From Aulosira sp. ZfuVER01 (GTDB taxonomy: Bacteria; Cyanobacteriota; Cyanobacteriia; Cyanobacteriales; Nostocaceae): a DNA stretch of 64,000 nt. The translations under genes and the position numbers were made by a program. Shown here piece after piece: positions 32,059-41,792 of the stretch (position 1 is its first letter; every line of letters starts with the position of its first letter). The notes under the pieces are model-generated. The model was not told the origin of the DNA. It saw nothing but the letters and a program-made list of their open reading frames with translations, and did no database searches. The stretch is from assembly GCA_034530615.2 (NCBI GenBank), contig JAVRCV020000052.1, positions 32,001 to 96,000 on the forward strand. Direction: 5' to 3'.

Positions 32059-32898
32059 ATGATTTCTGAAAGAGGATTTATCACAATTTTAACAGGTATG
32101 TATTCTTTTCAAGACTGTATACATTTTTTAGCTTCTATTAGAAAATTTCATCAAGAACCGATAATTATTTTAATTGACCGCGTTCCTAAAATTTTATATC
32201 CTCTTTTGACAGCTTTCAAAAATGTTATTTTAAAACCAGCACCTGCTAATGAAAATACGGTTTTAGCCTCACGAGAAGCAAAATTAGCTTTATATGCAGC
32301 ATCGGAATTTAAAAAAACGATTTATTTAGATTCAGATATCTGTTTACTATCTGACCTCAATGATGTGTTTGAATATTTAGATGAAGATGATTTTTTACTC
32401 ACTAAAGATGTCCAACCTAGTATTGTTAAAGCTACCAACTTATTGAGAGGTAAGCAAGAAGAGATATTATCAGAAGTTTTACCAACCCTACAATCTGTAG
32501 GTTTACCACTACAAGAAGATAGTATTCAGTATAACGGTGGTTTTATCGCTTTTCGTAAAACTGAAACAACTCAGAAATTATTTGATGAATTTAAGAGATT
32601 TTTTGAAATTATCAAAAACAATCAAGAGAAATTACTATTAAAAGATCAAGGAGCTTTTGCTGCTGCGATCGCAACTGTCAAACCAAAGATTAAAGTCCTT
32701 CCTCCTACATATAATTACCTGAGTAAATGGAAGGAGGCTTACAATATTGATGGTGAAATTAAAGTGCTTCACTGTACTTATCCCTATAGACCTCAATACG
32801 CTAAAGACATTACTCGTTCATGCTATACAAGAATATTTGATAAACTTGCTAAATTTTTATTACCAAATCAAATTACCAATCCTTGGCGTACTAAGTAA
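32059..32898 (+). CDS. GT-A fold glycosyltransferase (GT8-like)
   Basis: KTIYLDSD (DxD), YNGGFI, DQGAF, LPPTYNY, VLH. Confidence 0.8.
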   Translation: MISERGFITILTGMYSFQDCIHFLASIRKFHQEPIIILIDRVPKILYPLLTAFKNVILKPAPANENTVLASREAKLALYAASEFKKTIYLDSDICLLSDLNDVFEYLDEDDFLLTKDVQPSIVKATNLLRGKQEEILSEVLPTLQSVGLPLQEDSIQYNGGFIAFRKTETTQKLFDEFKRFFEIIKNNQEKLLLKDQGAFAAAIATVKPKIKVLPPTYNYLSKWKEAYNIDGEIKVLHCTYPYRPQYAKDITRSCYTRIFDKLAKFLLPNQITNPWRTK

Positions 32899-32913
32899 TA
32901 ACTAATAAATATA

Positions 32914-34077
32914 GTGAGAAAAGTTTCTAAAATATCGCTACTAGTCTCTGACTTATCAAGTGCTGCTATCATGCGTGCATACTTGTTAGCTAAAGCTATT
33001 AAAATATTAGATATTGAAGTTGAAATAATCGGCTTTTTATTTGGAGATAATTTATATAGTAAATTACCCTCACAATTCCCAGTATATGATTTACCTGGTA
33101 GTCAATTTCCTGAATTTGGAAAAGCAATCGGGAAGATTTTACCAAAAATTCAGGGAGAAATAATTTATGCTATCAAGCCTCAAGTAGCAAGTTTTGGAGT
33201 AGCTCTATTAAAGAAAATATATAGCAAAAAGTCAGTAATTTTAGATATAGATGACTGGGAACTTAGCTGGCATGGTGGTGATGAATGGAATTATCATCCT
33301 ACACCCAAAAAGTTAACTAGAGAATTATTCAAATCAGATGGTGCTCTCAGAAGTCCTCATCATCCTTTATATGTGAAATGGATGGAAAAGCTAGTAAGTT
33401 ATGCTGATGCTGTGACAGTGCATACTAACTTTTTACAAACACGTTTTGGAGGTACATATATTCCCAATGGCAAAGATATCACCTTATTTGATCCTGCTCG
33501 ATATAATCCTGAGGCTAGCAGAATTCGCTATGGTTTATCTGAATACAAAATTTTAATGTTTCCTGGCGCACCAAGACCTTATAAAGGTGTAGAAGATGTT
33601 CTCATAGCGCTAGATAAAATTAATCAGCCCGACTTAAAACTAGCGATCGTAGGTGGAAGTCCTTATGATAATTACGATGAGCAGCTTCAACAACAGTGGG
33701 GACGTTGGATTATCAAATTGCCAAATTATCCAGCTGAGATTATGCCTGATGTAGTAGCTGCTGCTCACATTGTTGTCGTTCCGCAGAGAGATACACCTGA
33801 AACTCGTGCGCAATTCCCTCTAAAAATTACGGATGGAATGTCAATGGCTAAACCCGTATTATCGACACGGGTTGGAGATATTCCCGAAATTTTAGGTGAA
33901 ACTGGATATTTAGTTGAACCCACTAGCCCCGAACAAATTGCTGAACAAATTCAATTGATATTTCAAGATTTAGAGCTAGCAAATGAGCGTGGTAAAAAGT
34001 CTCGAGAGCGATGTGTAGAAAAATATAGCATAGAAGCTATGGCTTCTAGTTTAATGTCAGTAATTGCTCGGTTGTGA
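32914..34077 (+). CDS. Glycosyltransferase family 4
   Basis: IPNG, PYKGVEDV, FPLKITDGMSMAKPVLSTRVGDIPEIL. Confidence 0.9.
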   Translation: MRKVSKISLLVSDLSSAAIMRAYLLAKAIKILDIEVEIIGFLFGDNLYSKLPSQFPVYDLPGSQFPEFGKAIGKILPKIQGEIIYAIKPQVASFGVALLKKIYSKKSVILDIDDWELSWHGGDEWNYHPTPKKLTRELFKSDGALRSPHHPLYVKWMEKLVSYADAVTVHTNFLQTRFGGTYIPNGKDITLFDPARYNPEASRIRYGLSEYKILMFPGAPRPYKGVEDVLIALDKINQPDLKLAIVGGSPYDNYDEQLQQQWGRWIIKLPNYPAEIMPDVVAAAHIVVVPQRDTPETRAQFPLKITDGMSMAKPVLSTRVGDIPEILGETGYLVEPTSPEQIAEQIQLIFQDLELANERGKKSRERCVEKYSIEAMASSLMSVIARL

Positions 34078-34235
34078 ATATCAAATTTAAAGAAAATGCC
34101 AGATTATCTAAAAATGTAAGGTGTATAAAATACGTATTTTCACCAATTAAATTTTCGAGAAATATGAAGATTAACTAATGTAGCAACAATGAGATATTCG
34201 TGTTAATAATAAATAAATTATGATGTACAGAAAAG

Positions 34236-36491
34236 ATGTCTACCAGGAAACTACTACTCAAATTTGCAAGACCCTATCCCGGCTTGATAATTTTGACAAT
34301 AATTTTAGGATTTTCCGGAGCATTATTTAATGGTGTAAGTACAACTTTAATTGTGCCAGTAATTTTAAAGATTGTGGGGCAGGAAGTAGATTTAAGTAGT
34401 GCCCCACAACTTCTGAATCTTATTATGTCTCCTTTTGATAAAGTTCCAGAAAACTATCGTGTCATAGTAATGTCTGGAGCAATTATATTAACAATCTTTT
34501 TAAAAAATCTAGCTAATTATAGTAGTAGTTTGGCATCAAGCTCTTTAACAAGAATTCTGACATCGGATATGAGAGAATCAGGATTCAAATTATTATTGGA
34601 AGTAGATATAGATTATTTTGCTAAGACAAAAGCTGGCGATCTAATCAACAAATTAGGTGGAGAAATTGGACGTGCAGCCAGTGTATTTGGAAGTACAATC
34701 AAGTTAATTATTTTAGTAATTACAATTTTAGTTTTTGTTGGCTTATTACTATCAATATCCTGGGAATTAACAATTTTATCTACAGTTTTACTATCATTAG
34801 TAACCTTAATTAATCAGTTTGCTATTTCCCGTTCCAAAAAGTTTGGTAAACAGCTGAGTGAGATGTCTAGTGCATATTCAATCGCTGTACTAGAAGTCCT
34901 GAGCGGGATTAGATTAGTTAAAGCAACAGGAAACGAAGACAGAGAATTTCAAGCGATTACAAAACTAATTCGTGCCCGCGAAAAAGCAGATTTTCAATCT
35001 CAGGTGAACTCCGAAGCAATCGGGCCTATAAGTGAGGTCATGGGAGTTACAGCTTTGATGCTGATTGTGTTATTAAGCAAAACTTTTTTTGCCGATCAGA
35101 TTGTTTCGCTTTCTGCCGTACTCTTGACATATTTATTGGTGTTGTTGCGGGTGCTACCATTAATTTCCCAATTAAATGCGATTCGTAGTGGTTTTGCTAG
35201 TACAGCTACTAGTGTGGATATGACTAGTGAATTTTTGAGCTTAAGTAATAAGCCATTCATGGGGAACGGTAAGCTTACCTACACAAAATTACAACAGGGA
35301 GTGAGCTTTAATTCATTGTCCTTTGCCTACCCTGGCCATGAGAAATTGGTACTCAACGATGTGACCCTAGATTTACCTCGTGGTAAAACTCTGGCACTAG
35401 TAGGCGGTTCTGGAGCTGGTAAATCAACTTTGGCAGATCTGTTACCGAGATTTTATGACCCAATAGCTGGCTCTATTACCATCGACGGTAAAGACTTACG
35501 AGAATTTGATGTCATATCCTTAAGAAAACGGATGGGGATTGTCAGCCAAGATACGTTTCTATTTAATGATTCAGTGCGGTATAACATCGCCTATGGCAAA
35601 CCAGAAGCCAGCGAAGAGGAAATTATTACCGCCGCCAAGCAGGCGAACGCCTATGAATTTATTAGTAAATTACCTAAAGGATTTGATACTTTAATTGGCG
35701 ATCGCGGCGTGATGTTATCTGGTGGACAAAGGCAAAGATTAGCGATCGCCCGCGCACTCGTCCAAAATCCCGAAATTTTAATTCTAGACGAAGCCACCAG
35801 CGCCTTAGATACGGTTTCCGAACGCTTAGTCCAAACTGCACTTGACGATCTCAGCCGCGATCGCACAACTTTGGTAATTGCTCACCGCCTTTCGACAGTT
35901 CAAAAAGCCGATCAAATTGCCGTTTTAGATCGTGGAAGTGTGGTCGAGGTAGGAACCCATGAAGAACTTTTACAAAAGGGTGGTTATTACTCACGCTTGT
36001 ACTCAATGCAATTTGCCGATCGTCCGGAGACCGAGGCTAAAAGCAATCAAAGCTTACTCCGCATCTCTCACGACATTCGGACACAATTAAACTCCATGAT
36101 TGGCTTACTACGCTTATTAATTGACGATTTAGTAGACAATTCTCAAGAGCGACAAGAATTAATTGCAGAATCTTACAAATCAGCCAAGATCATACTCAAC
36201 ACTATTGATATTTTTGATGATTTTATTAACTTACATAGCCAAGAAAACATCATCTCTATTGCCGATGGCAATCCTAGCAATATAGCTACCCATACCCAGA
36301 TTTCAAAGATGAGCCATATCTCCGTAGAATTTCGGAGTCGTCTTTCTGAAATACTTAACTCTCTACGAGCAATAATGGCTGATTTTATATCTCCCAATCC
36401 AGAGCCAAAACCAATAATTTTAGAATCTTATGAATCGGCTATTTACTTGCTAGATACGTTAAAAAATTTTGAAGACAGCCTTCTACAATAA
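34236..36491 (+). CDS. ABC exporter (TMD+NBD, MsbA/HepA-like) with C-terminal HisKA-like extension
   Basis: Walker A GGSGAGKST, LSGGQRQR, ILDEATSALD, IAHRLST; about 155-aa extra tail beginning RISHDIRTQLNSMIG. Confidence 0.92.
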   Translation: MSTRKLLLKFARPYPGLIILTIILGFSGALFNGVSTTLIVPVILKIVGQEVDLSSAPQLLNLIMSPFDKVPENYRVIVMSGAIILTIFLKNLANYSSSLASSSLTRILTSDMRESGFKLLLEVDIDYFAKTKAGDLINKLGGEIGRAASVFGSTIKLIILVITILVFVGLLLSISWELTILSTVLLSLVTLINQFAISRSKKFGKQLSEMSSAYSIAVLEVLSGIRLVKATGNEDREFQAITKLIRAREKADFQSQVNSEAIGPISEVMGVTALMLIVLLSKTFFADQIVSLSAVLLTYLLVLLRVLPLISQLNAIRSGFASTATSVDMTSEFLSLSNKPFMGNGKLTYTKLQQGVSFNSLSFAYPGHEKLVLNDVTLDLPRGKTLALVGGSGAGKSTLADLLPRFYDPIAGSITIDGKDLREFDVISLRKRMGIVSQDTFLFNDSVRYNIAYGKPEASEEEIITAAKQANAYEFISKLPKGFDTLIGDRGVMLSGGQRQRLAIARALVQNPEILILDEATSALDTVSERLVQTALDDLSRDRTTLVIAHRLSTVQKADQIAVLDRGSVVEVGTHEELLQKGGYYSRLYSMQFADRPETEAKSNQSLLRISHDIRTQLNSMIGLLRLLIDDLVDNSQERQELIAESYKSAKIILNTIDIFDDFINLHSQENIISIADGNPSNIATHTQISKMSHISVEFRSRLSEILNSLRAIMADFISPNPEPKPIILESYESAIYLLDTLKNFEDSLLQ

Positions 36492-36495
36492 ACCT

Positions 36496-37707
36496 ATGAA
36501 AGATCCTGATTTAAAAAAGCATTATCTGTTTTTCATTGGTGAGGAATTGCCCAAGCCAGAAGCTCACTTAGTTCAGTCTACTAATGCAGCTAATGCAGCT
36601 GCCAACTTGGGATACTCAACAGTTTTAGCTTACCCAGATAAAGGAGTAAAAGCTATTAATATAGCTAATTTAATTTGTCCTTTTCAACCAAGAAAAACAC
36701 CTATAGAACTTGTTAATTATTACAACCTCCACGACAAGTTAAAAGTAGCGCCTTTACCTATGCCTTGGCCAATTGACAGATTGCGAAGTAAGTTCGCAAA
36801 TTCTAATACTGTTGCCTGCAAGTATTATCTCCCATTTCATATACTGCCAACTACCAAACTTGTCCATAGCCGCAACTGGAATTTTGTGAAAGCTGCTATT
36901 AAAAACGGTGTTCCGGCAATTTATGAACATCATCATCATGAAAATAAGCAATTTGAGCCTGAAATTATTCATAATCCACTGTTTCAAATTGCAGTAACAG
37001 TTGTCGATACAATCCGTGAATCCATGATTAAAAATGGTATGCCACCGGAAAAAGTGATTAAGCTGCATAATGGTTTTAATCACTTATTTATGCAAAGACA
37101 ACCAGAAAAAGCAGCAGAATGGCGCACTCAACTATTAAAAGATAAACGCTCACATTTAGTAGTCTACGCAGGAGCGCTACAGCAATTTAAAGGTATTGAT
37201 ATCCTAATTGATGTGGCTATTGAAATGCCAAATGTACAATTTGTTTGTGCAGGTGGAAAGCCAGCAGAAGTTACACATTACGAGCAATTAGCTAGAGAAA
37301 AACAAGTTAATAATATTACATTCTTAGGCTATCTATTACATCATGAGTTACCATCTTTGCTTCAAGCTGCTGATATTTTAGCTCATCCCCATTGTATGGG
37401 GGAAGCTGCAACTTTTACATCTCCATTAAAATTATTTGACTACTTCGCTTCTGGGACTCCTATTGTAGCTACAGAAATTCCTTCATTAATCGAATTTAAA
37501 AATACCAAATCTATAGCTGCTTGGTGCGATCCAGATGACCCTAAAAAATTCGCTGAATCTGTACAAAAGGTTTTAGAAAGTCATCCAAGAAAATTAGAAG
37601 GGTATTCAGATAGTATCGAATTTGTTAAGCAATTTTCTTGGGAAAATCGAGCCGCAAAAATTCTCAGTTATGTTGATGAATCGTTACTTCCACCAATTAT
37701 TACCTAA
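36496..37707 (+). CDS. Glycosyltransferase family 4
   Basis: LHNG, YAGALQQFKGID, TSPLKLFDYFASGTPIV, FSWENRA. Confidence 0.9.
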   Translation: MKDPDLKKHYLFFIGEELPKPEAHLVQSTNAANAAANLGYSTVLAYPDKGVKAINIANLICPFQPRKTPIELVNYYNLHDKLKVAPLPMPWPIDRLRSKFANSNTVACKYYLPFHILPTTKLVHSRNWNFVKAAIKNGVPAIYEHHHHENKQFEPEIIHNPLFQIAVTVVDTIRESMIKNGMPPEKVIKLHNGFNHLFMQRQPEKAAEWRTQLLKDKRSHLVVYAGALQQFKGIDILIDVAIEMPNVQFVCAGGKPAEVTHYEQLAREKQVNNITFLGYLLHHELPSLLQAADILAHPHCMGEAATFTSPLKLFDYFASGTPIVATEIPSLIEFKNTKSIAAWCDPDDPKKFAESVQKVLESHPRKLEGYSDSIEFVKQFSWENRAAKILSYVDESLLPPIIT

Positions 37708-37727
37708 GTTATTTTTAACTAATTAAT

Positions 37728-38687
37728 ATGACAATTAAAACCATAGGTATGATTAGCAGCTATCGAGGTCTAGAAAATAGAGCCGATTGGCTGTGGCAAC
37801 AAACTCCAAAACAATTTGGCATGTGGGATAATATTCAAATGCTGGCACCAGCGTCTAAACCAGATTTTCTCCTAATGTATCAGTTTGATTTTCTTCAACC
37901 ATCTCCCCAGAAATCCTGGTTAGATAATTTTCGCAAACGGCAGCAAAAACCAACAGAAAATATTAATTCTGTACTACGAGGTCTCAATCAAGAGCAAATT
38001 ATTTATTTACTTAGAGAACCACCTTTAGATGAAATTGTAGAAATCACTAATTATAATTATCAACAAGCACAAAAGTATTGCGGCTACGTTTCTGGTCCCG
38101 ATGACTTTGCGCCTATTCCCGATTATATGCCGGCTATTTGGTATCATTCTAATTCCTTTCAGGATTTAAATGAAATGCCTTGTCCTGAAAAAATTGCTTC
38201 ATGTAGTTGGATTACTTCTGGGATTAGTCGCACAGTCAATCATCGCCAGCGTTTAGAATTTTTGCGCTCTTTACAAGAGAATGAAATTTCGTTTGATTTG
38301 TATGGGCGCAACTTACCAGTATGGGCGAATATCAAAGGAGAATTGAGTAATAAGTGGTATGGGATGGCACCATATTATTACAATTTGTCTATTGAAAACT
38401 ATGTTGATAATAATTGGTATGTAAGCGAGAAGCTTTGGGATAGTTTACTTGCTTGGTGCTTGCCAATTTACTATGGCGGGCCAGCAGCTGATAAATTATT
38501 ACCACCAGGTAGTTTTTTAAGATTGCCTAGTTTAGATGATAAAGGTATTGCTTACATCAAAGAAGTGACTGCTACACCTGATACTTGGCATGCAGCTAAA
38601 GATGCGATCGCAGAAGCACGCCAAATCATTTTACACAAGCTAAATCTGCTGAATTGGTTGTCAAATTTTGTCGTTAAACACTCATAA
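37728..38687 (+). CDS. Glycosyltransferase family 10 (fucosyltransferase-like)
   Basis: YYYNLSIEN...YVSEKLWDSL...LPIYYG GT10 motif. Confidence 0.85.
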   Translation: MTIKTIGMISSYRGLENRADWLWQQTPKQFGMWDNIQMLAPASKPDFLLMYQFDFLQPSPQKSWLDNFRKRQQKPTENINSVLRGLNQEQIIYLLREPPLDEIVEITNYNYQQAQKYCGYVSGPDDFAPIPDYMPAIWYHSNSFQDLNEMPCPEKIASCSWITSGISRTVNHRQRLEFLRSLQENEISFDLYGRNLPVWANIKGELSNKWYGMAPYYYNLSIENYVDNNWYVSEKLWDSLLAWCLPIYYGGPAADKLLPPGSFLRLPSLDDKGIAYIKEVTATPDTWHAAKDAIAEARQIILHKLNLLNWLSNFVVKHS

Positions 38688-38690
38688 AAT

Positions 38691-39668
38691 ATGAATGGTA
38701 TTTGCACCCTTGCCAATGATTATGTTTTCGATCAATTGGTAGCTTTGCTCAATAGTATCGATACGATACTAGGTTCCGATATTCCTGTATGTATCTATCC
38801 TTTTGATGACCAGATACAACGGATTGCTGATGAAATAACCAGGCGACCTAATGTATTTATTTACAATGACCAGGAATCCATCAATTGCTGGGATCAATTT
38901 ATGCTGGAAGCAGCACCAGAAAGATTGGATAGCAGTAAATTTCGTCTCTATGGCGCTCACCGCCGTTTTTGTGCTTTTGATGGGCCCTTTGATAAATTTA
39001 TCTACTTAGATGCTGACACCTTAGTGATGAACTCACTCGCAGCAGTATTTGAAAAATTAGATAGTTATGACTTTGTTGTTTATGATTTCCAATTTAAAGA
39101 TGTTAGTAAAGTATATAACGTTAATTCTTCAAAATTGCGAGAAATTTTTCCACAAATTCGCATAAATTCAGAAATATTTTGTTCGGGTTTTTATGGCTCG
39201 AAACGAGGCATTTTTAATGCTGAGCAAAGAAAATCACTGCTATTTTATCTGCAAAATGGTGAAAGAGAAATCTTATATGAAGGTGCGGGAGAACAACCTC
39301 TGCTTAACTATATGGTAATGAGATCGAACCTTGCTATATATAATTTCGCTCAACAATTGGCACCTAATGAAGCAACGGGATGTTCTGTAAGCTCAAAGCA
39401 CTTTGAGGAAAGAGAGCATATTCTTTATGACAAGGGTAATCAACTAACTTATTTACATTATATTGGTGTTCCTCCTAACATCAATAAAGCTGTATGTGCT
39501 GGAGAGAATATTGATTTTCCCTATCGAGACTTATTTCTCTACTATCGCTACTTACACGAACCTGATAAACGTCCAGTATTTCAAAATATCACCAAATCTT
39601 ATAATGCTCCACCACCAAATTTACTCACCAGAGCTTTGAAAAAATTTAAGTTAATTCACCAAGGATAA
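38691..39668 (+). CDS. GT-A fold sugar transferase, Npun_R2821/R2822-like paralog 1
   Basis: GICTLANDYVFDQLVALLNSI, GPFDKFIYLDAD, EQPLLNY, YLHY. Confidence 0.8.
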   Translation: MNGICTLANDYVFDQLVALLNSIDTILGSDIPVCIYPFDDQIQRIADEITRRPNVFIYNDQESINCWDQFMLEAAPERLDSSKFRLYGAHRRFCAFDGPFDKFIYLDADTLVMNSLAAVFEKLDSYDFVVYDFQFKDVSKVYNVNSSKLREIFPQIRINSEIFCSGFYGSKRGIFNAEQRKSLLFYLQNGEREILYEGAGEQPLLNYMVMRSNLAIYNFAQQLAPNEATGCSVSSKHFEEREHILYDKGNQLTYLHYIGVPPNINKAVCAGENIDFPYRDLFLYYRYLHEPDKRPVFQNITKSYNAPPPNLLTRALKKFKLIHQG

Positions 39669-39671
39669 TTT

Positions 39672-40562
39672 ATGAGTCGGGGAATTTATATAGTTGCTAA
39701 CGATTATGTACTTGATAATGCCATTGCCTTACTCAATAGCATTCGCTTTTATGACCAGGAAGTTCTAGTTTATCTCATACCTTTTAATGATAGTTATCAC
39801 AAAGTTGCCGAGCAACTTAGCACATTACATAATGTGCAAATTTTCCCAGATTTAGAACTAATTGAGCAATTTACAACACGTATAGGCGAAATTTTTGATC
39901 GAGATTTCCTCGCATTACCAAACAAAATGCGTAAACTTGTAGCATGGTTTGGCCCTTTAGATGAGTTTATTTATATTGACACAGATATTGTTGTTTTTGA
40001 AAAAATTGCTGACAATTTGAACCAGCTTGCTGAAGTTGATTTCTTCTGTTGCGATTATCATCACGCTAGTGACAAGCTACGTAATATCTTTTCTTTAGTA
40101 GTGAAAGAGCAACAAATTTTTTCAGATGCCCAATTAGAAGACGTTTTTAACAGTGGTTTTTGGGCTTCAAGAAAAGGTGCTATGACTGAGCAATACATGG
40201 ATGAAACTTTGCGTGAATGTGCTGCACATCGCGAATATTTTGATTTTTCGGAAGGTGTTACAGACCAACCCATTTTGAATTATCTCGTTCTCAAATTAAT
40301 TGCCAAACGCGGTAATCTCGTCAAAATTCCTGGCGGAGGGCCTGGTAGTTGGGCTGGTTCACGAAATTTCCAACAGCAAGACTACGTCCTGTATGACCGA
40401 GGACAACGACTTAAATATCTGCATTGGGCTGGAATAAAGATGAAAAGCAATAGTCCCTATTGGGAATTGTGGAAACACTATCGCTATCTTCATGAGGGTA
40501 AATTTGGTTTTATTCCAAAATTAACTCGTCGTTTATTCCCCTTTGTTACTGCCCGTACTTAA
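39672..40562 (+). CDS. GT-A fold sugar transferase, Npun_R2821/R2822-like paralog 2
   Basis: GIYIVAND..IALLNSI, GPLDEFIYIDTD, FNSGF, DQPILNY, YLHW. Confidence 0.8.
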   Translation: MSRGIYIVANDYVLDNAIALLNSIRFYDQEVLVYLIPFNDSYHKVAEQLSTLHNVQIFPDLELIEQFTTRIGEIFDRDFLALPNKMRKLVAWFGPLDEFIYIDTDIVVFEKIADNLNQLAEVDFFCCDYHHASDKLRNIFSLVVKEQQIFSDAQLEDVFNSGFWASRKGAMTEQYMDETLRECAAHREYFDFSEGVTDQPILNYLVLKLIAKRGNLVKIPGGGPGSWAGSRNFQQQDYVLYDRGQRLKYLHWAGIKMKSNSPYWELWKHYRYLHEGKFGFIPKLTRRLFPFVTART

Positions 40563-40737
40563 TAAGTAGGTGGGCACAATTAAAGATAAATGACGAAGGC
40601 TGTTATTTGTGAGCCACTGCTTTGGATGGGTTCCCCGGCTTGTAGACACCCAGAGAGTGGCTTCCTGCAGGGTAGCAAGTGGCATCCTTGGTAAGGTTTC
40701 ATAACATAGTTTGATTTTTTATGTCGGCTTACTTATT
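40561..40737. mobile_element. MITE-like element with imperfect terminal inverted repeats and nested small dispersed repeats
   Basis: Left AATAAGTAGGTGGGCACAA versus right-end reverse complement AATAAGTAAGCCGACATAA; GC-rich insert at 40611-40685. Confidence 0.55.
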
Positions 40738-40749
40738 ACGAGGATTTTT

Positions 40750-41784
40750 ATGATTGATGGTATTTACACTTTAGCTAATGATGTAGTCTATGACCAACTG
40801 GTTGCTTTACTCAACAGTATAGAAGCTAACGCTGGTAGAAAAATTCCGGTTTGTGTCATTCCATATAATGAGCAGTTAGATAAAGTAAAGGCAGAGATTG
40901 CAGCTAGGGATAATGTCACCTTATTTGAGGATTATGCATCTATCAATTATTGGGATAACTTTGCCACCCAGGTCTGGAAAAATTATCCCAGAGCACAGCA
41001 AACATGGCGGAAGTGGGGTTTTTCCGAACTTTATGAGCTACCGATGCACCGAAAATTTTGTGCCTTAGATGGCCCATTTGATAAATTTATTTATTTTGAC
41101 GCAGATACTCTTTTGATGGGAGCAATAGATTATATATATGACAAGTTAGAGAATTATGATTGGGTCACAAATGATTTTCAATATAAGTCTGGCATAAATT
41201 ACATTTTTGATGGTTCTATAGATTTAATTCAACAAATTTTTCCCGTAGAAAACTTACAATCTCATATATTTTGTGCTGGTTGGTTTGCTACTAAAAAACA
41301 CATCTTTCCACCGGATACCTTAGCCAATCTCTTAGAGAAATTACAGTCTGGTGAAGCTGATGTCATGGCTTTTATCGCACCAGATCAATCGTTATTTAAC
41401 TATATGGTCTTGAGAAGTGGCATTTCATACTATAACTTTGCTTATCATAATGCCGATACAGTAACTGGTAATCACTGGAGTTCTAAATTTGATGTAGTTG
41501 ATAATGTCCTTTATGACCAAGGACGGAGACTGACATACTTACACTATATGAGTATAGGCTCATCAAAGTTTACTAAACTTTGTGCTAGTGAAGATGTAGA
41601 TATTCCTTACCGAGATGTGTTTTTGCATTATCGTTATTTAAAATCCCCAGAAACCAGACCTCAAAGTTTTAAGCGTCCCAGTATGCTCCTCAAGTTACAA
41701 AATACTACTACAGGCTTTTTTAGGCAAAGAATCACGAATATTAAGCTTAACTATCGCAATTTTAGGGATAGAATCACTCAATAA
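40750..41784 (+). CDS. GT-A fold sugar transferase, Npun_R2821/R2822-like paralog 3
   Basis: GIYTLANDVVYDQLVALLNSI, GPFDKFIYFDAD, DQSLFNY, YLHY; GAGGA RBS. Confidence 0.8.
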   Translation: MIDGIYTLANDVVYDQLVALLNSIEANAGRKIPVCVIPYNEQLDKVKAEIAARDNVTLFEDYASINYWDNFATQVWKNYPRAQQTWRKWGFSELYELPMHRKFCALDGPFDKFIYFDADTLLMGAIDYIYDKLENYDWVTNDFQYKSGINYIFDGSIDLIQQIFPVENLQSHIFCAGWFATKKHIFPPDTLANLLEKLQSGEADVMAFIAPDQSLFNYMVLRSGISYYNFAYHNADTVTGNHWSSKFDVVDNVLYDQGRRLTYLHYMSIGSSKFTKLCASEDVDIPYRDVFLHYRYLKSPETRPQSFKRPSMLLKLQNTTTGFFRQRITNIKLNYRNFRDRITQ

Positions 41785-41792
41785 TTAGTCTC

